Assembly: GCF_024166365.1 (NCBI RefSeq)
Contig: NC_064841.1
Location: forward strand, 46,311,680 to 46,375,679
DNA: 64,000 nucleotides
DNA from: Elephas maximus
Taxonomy: Eukaryota
Direction: 5' to 3'
Shown piece after piece: positions 61,400 through 64,000 of the stretch. The notes under the pieces are model-generated. The model made no database searches, had not been told where the DNA came from, and saw nothing but the letters and a program-made list of their open reading frames with translations. The position numbers and the translations under genes are program-made. Each line of letters starts with the position of its first letter. Within the stretch, counting starts at the first letter, position 1.

Positions 61400-64000
61400 T
61401 CCTCTTCTTTCAATGACGGTGTCCCCTCTAGCTTCTCCCTGTTTTTGGTTGCTCCTCAGGCCTTCAAACAGGTTTTTGCTGTTGTGGTTTTTATTGAGCT
61501 TTAGGTAAAAGTTTATAAATCTAGTCAGTCTCTCATATAAAAAGCCTGACACACCCCACTGTGCACTCCCAGCTACTCTCCCCTTAATGAGACACCACAT
61601 TCTTCCTCTCCATGCTGTATTCCCCATGTCTATTCAACCAGCTCCTGTACCCCTCTTGCTTCTCATCTCGCCACCAGACAGGAGTCATCCACATAGTCTC
61701 ATGTGTCTACTTGAGCCATGAAGTTCACTCTTCACCAGTGTCATTGTTTATCTTATAGTCTAGGCCAATCCCTGTCTGAAGAGTTAGTTTCAGGAATGGT
61801 TCCAATCCTGGGCTATCAAAAGGTCTGGCAACCATGACCAACAGGGTCCCTCCAGTCTCAGTCAGACCATTAAGGCTGGTCTTTTTACAGGAATTTAAGA
61901 TCTGCATCCCACTGTTCTCCTGCTCCTTCAGGGATTTTCTGTTGTGTTTCCTGTCAGGGCAGTGATCAGTGGTAGACAGGCACCATCTAGTTCTTCCGGT
62001 CTCTGATCAGTAGTAGCCAGGCACCATGTAGTTCTTCTGGTCTCAGGCTGATAGAGTCTCTGGTTTATGTGTCCCTCTCTGTCTCTTGGGCTAATGTTAA
62101 CCTTGTATCTTTGGTGTTCATTCTCCTTTGCTCCAGGTTGAGACCAATTTATGCTTGCTAAGACCCCAGACGCCTCTCACCAGAGTACAGAAGTTTTCTT
62201 AATACATTTTGTTATGCCAATTGACCTAGATGTCTCCTGAAACCACGGTCCCCAGGCCCCCATCCCTGCTACTCTGGCCTTCAAAGCGTTTTGTTGTATT
62301 CAGAAAACTTCTTTGCTTTTGGTTTCGTTCCGTTGTACTGACTATCCCTGTGTTGTGTGTTGCCCTTCCCTTCACCTAAAAAAATTTGTGTCTAGTATCT
62401 AGTTGGTAAATATCCCTCTCCCTCCTTCCCCACCCTTGTAACCATCAAAGAATATTTCTTCTGTGTTTAAACTTTATCTAGAGTTCTAATAATAGTGCTC
62501 TTATACAATATTTGTTCTTTTGCAGTTGACTAACTTAGCATGTCTTCCAGATTCCTCCATGTTATGAAATGTTTCACAGATTCATCATTGTTCTCAACCG
62601 TTTTGTGTATTATTCCATTGTGTGAATATACCATAAGTTATTTATCCACTCATCCGTTGATGGGCACCTTGGTTGCTTCCATCATTTTGCTATTATAAAC
62701 AGTGCTGCAATGAACATGGGTGTGCATATATCTGTTTGTGTGAAGGGTCTTATTTCTTTAGGGTATATTCCAAGGAGTGGAATTCCTGGGTCATACGGTA
62801 GTTCTAATTGTTGCTGTTTATGGAAGTGCAAAATTGATTTCCAAAGTGGCTGTACCATTTTACATTCCCACCAGCAGTGTATAAGTGTTCCAGTCTCTCC
62901 ACAACCTCTCCAACATTTATTGTGTTTTTTGGATTAATGTCAGCCTTGTTGGGGTGATATGGAATCTCGTTGTATTTTTGATTTGCATTTCTCTAATAGC
63001 TAAAGATCATGAGCATTTCTTCATGTATCTGTTAGCAGCCTGAATGTCTTCTTTGGTAAAGTGCCTGTTCATATCTTTTGACCATATTTTAATCAAGTTG
63101 ACTTTTTATTGTTGAGTTTTTGCAGTATCCTGTAGATTTTAGAGATCAGAAGCTGATCATAAATGTCATAGCTAAAACCTTTTTCCCAATCTGTAGGGAA
63201 CCTTTTTACTCTTTTGGGAAAGTCTTTGGATGAGCATAGGCATTTGACTTTTAGAAGCTCCCAGTTATCTAATTTCTCTTCTGGTGTTCACACTGTTAGT
63301 AATGTTTTGTATACTGTTTATGCAATGTATTAGGGCTTCTAGCATTATAGCGATTTTTTCTTCCATAATCTTTAGCATTTTAGATTTTATATTTAGGTCT
63401 TTGATCCATTTTGAGTTTGTTTTTGTGCATGGTGTGAGATATGGATCTTGTTCCATTTTTTTACAGATGGATATCCAGTTATGCCAGCATCATTTGTTAA
63501 AGAGATTGTCTTTTCCCCATTTAACAGATTTTGGGCCTTTGTCAAATATCAGCTGCTCATATGTGAATGGGCTTATGTCTGGATTCTCAATTCTGTCCCA
63601 TTGGTGTATGTATCTGTTGTTGTGCCAGTACCAGGCTGTTTTGACTACTGTGGTGGTATCATATGTTCTAAAATCAGGTACAGTGAGGCCTCCCACTTTG
63701 TTCTTCTTTTTCAGTAATGCTTTACTTATCCGAGGCCTCTTTCTCTTCTGTATGAAGTTGGTGATTTGTTTCTCCATCTCATTAAAAAATGTCACTGCTA
63801 TTTGGATTGGGATTGCATTGTATCTATACTTTGCTTTGGGTAGAATAAACATTTTTACAATGTTGAGTCTTCCTATCCATGGGAAAGGTATGTTGTCCCA
63901 CTTATGTACGACTAAGACTCTCTTGGTTTCTTGCAGTAGTGTCTTATAGTTTTCTTTCTACAGGTCTTTTATGTCTCTGTTTAGATTTATTCCTAAGTAT
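61400..64000 (-). mobile_element. L1 (long-3'UTR lineage, older than the 30 kb copy): 3'UTR antisense (61400-62520) and ORF2 C-terminal half antisense (62520 to window end). It continues beyond the window
   Basis: 62330-62560 is collinear with the reverse complement of 36520-36760 (…cttatacaatatttgt.cttttgc…ttccagattcctccatgttatgaaatgtttca.agattc.tca.tgttc). Minus ORF 63490-63852 (...[52 protein letters not shown]...) is ORF2. Confidence 0.8.

Noticed and set aside
1-64000. A prokaryote-style novel system (operon, defence island, CRISPR array) as hinted by the task prompt
   Set aside because: The sequence is clearly mammalian, with L1, SINE, ERV, MaLR and MIR elements. All sizeable ORFs are retroelement proteins, and the only periodic repeats are L1 5'UTR monomers and microsatellites.

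Overview
This window is mammalian (afrotherian) intergenic DNA made almost entirely of nested transposable elements. I found no convincing host protein-coding exon, rRNA, tRNA gene or CRISPR array. I worked by eye from the sequence and the ORF track, so all coordinates are approximate (±10-30 bp) and family names are my own.

The origin is diagnosed by three repeat classes together: several tRNA-derived AfroSINEs (core ...ctatggggcagttctactctgtcctatagggt...), many RTE/BovB-like LINE fragments, and abundant L1. An elephant, manatee or hyrax type genome is likely.

The main structures are:
- **Young full-length L1 (30010-37514).** About 7.5 kb, with an 11-bp target-site duplication, a CpG-rich monomeric 5'UTR, ORF1 and ORF2 carrying only about four lesions, a ~1 kb 3'UTR and a poly-A tail. 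It is inserted inside the ORF1 of an older L1 of a different lineage (27862-40406).
- **Left cluster (5150-13712).** An RTE 5' part (EN domain), then a plus-strand L1 5' half, joined tail-to-tail at ~9290 to a minus-strand L1 of the second lineage, then an RTE 3' end.
- **Right cluster (43313-54170).** Old L1, L1 5' halves of two further 5'UTR types, an antisense ORF2 block, an antisense 5'UTR, an RTE with a 5'-inversion-like junction, and an L1 3'UTR piece.
- **Other elements.** A degenerate endogenous retrovirus gag-pro-pol (19950-23800), a complete MaLR-like LTR element (14637-16731), solo LTRs, a MIR, old L1 3' ends, and microsatellites.

No novel cellular or defence-type system is supported by the sequence. 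The interesting biology is in the L1 structures: modular 5'UTRs, a near-intact young copy, and convergent or antisense L1 promoter arrangements.
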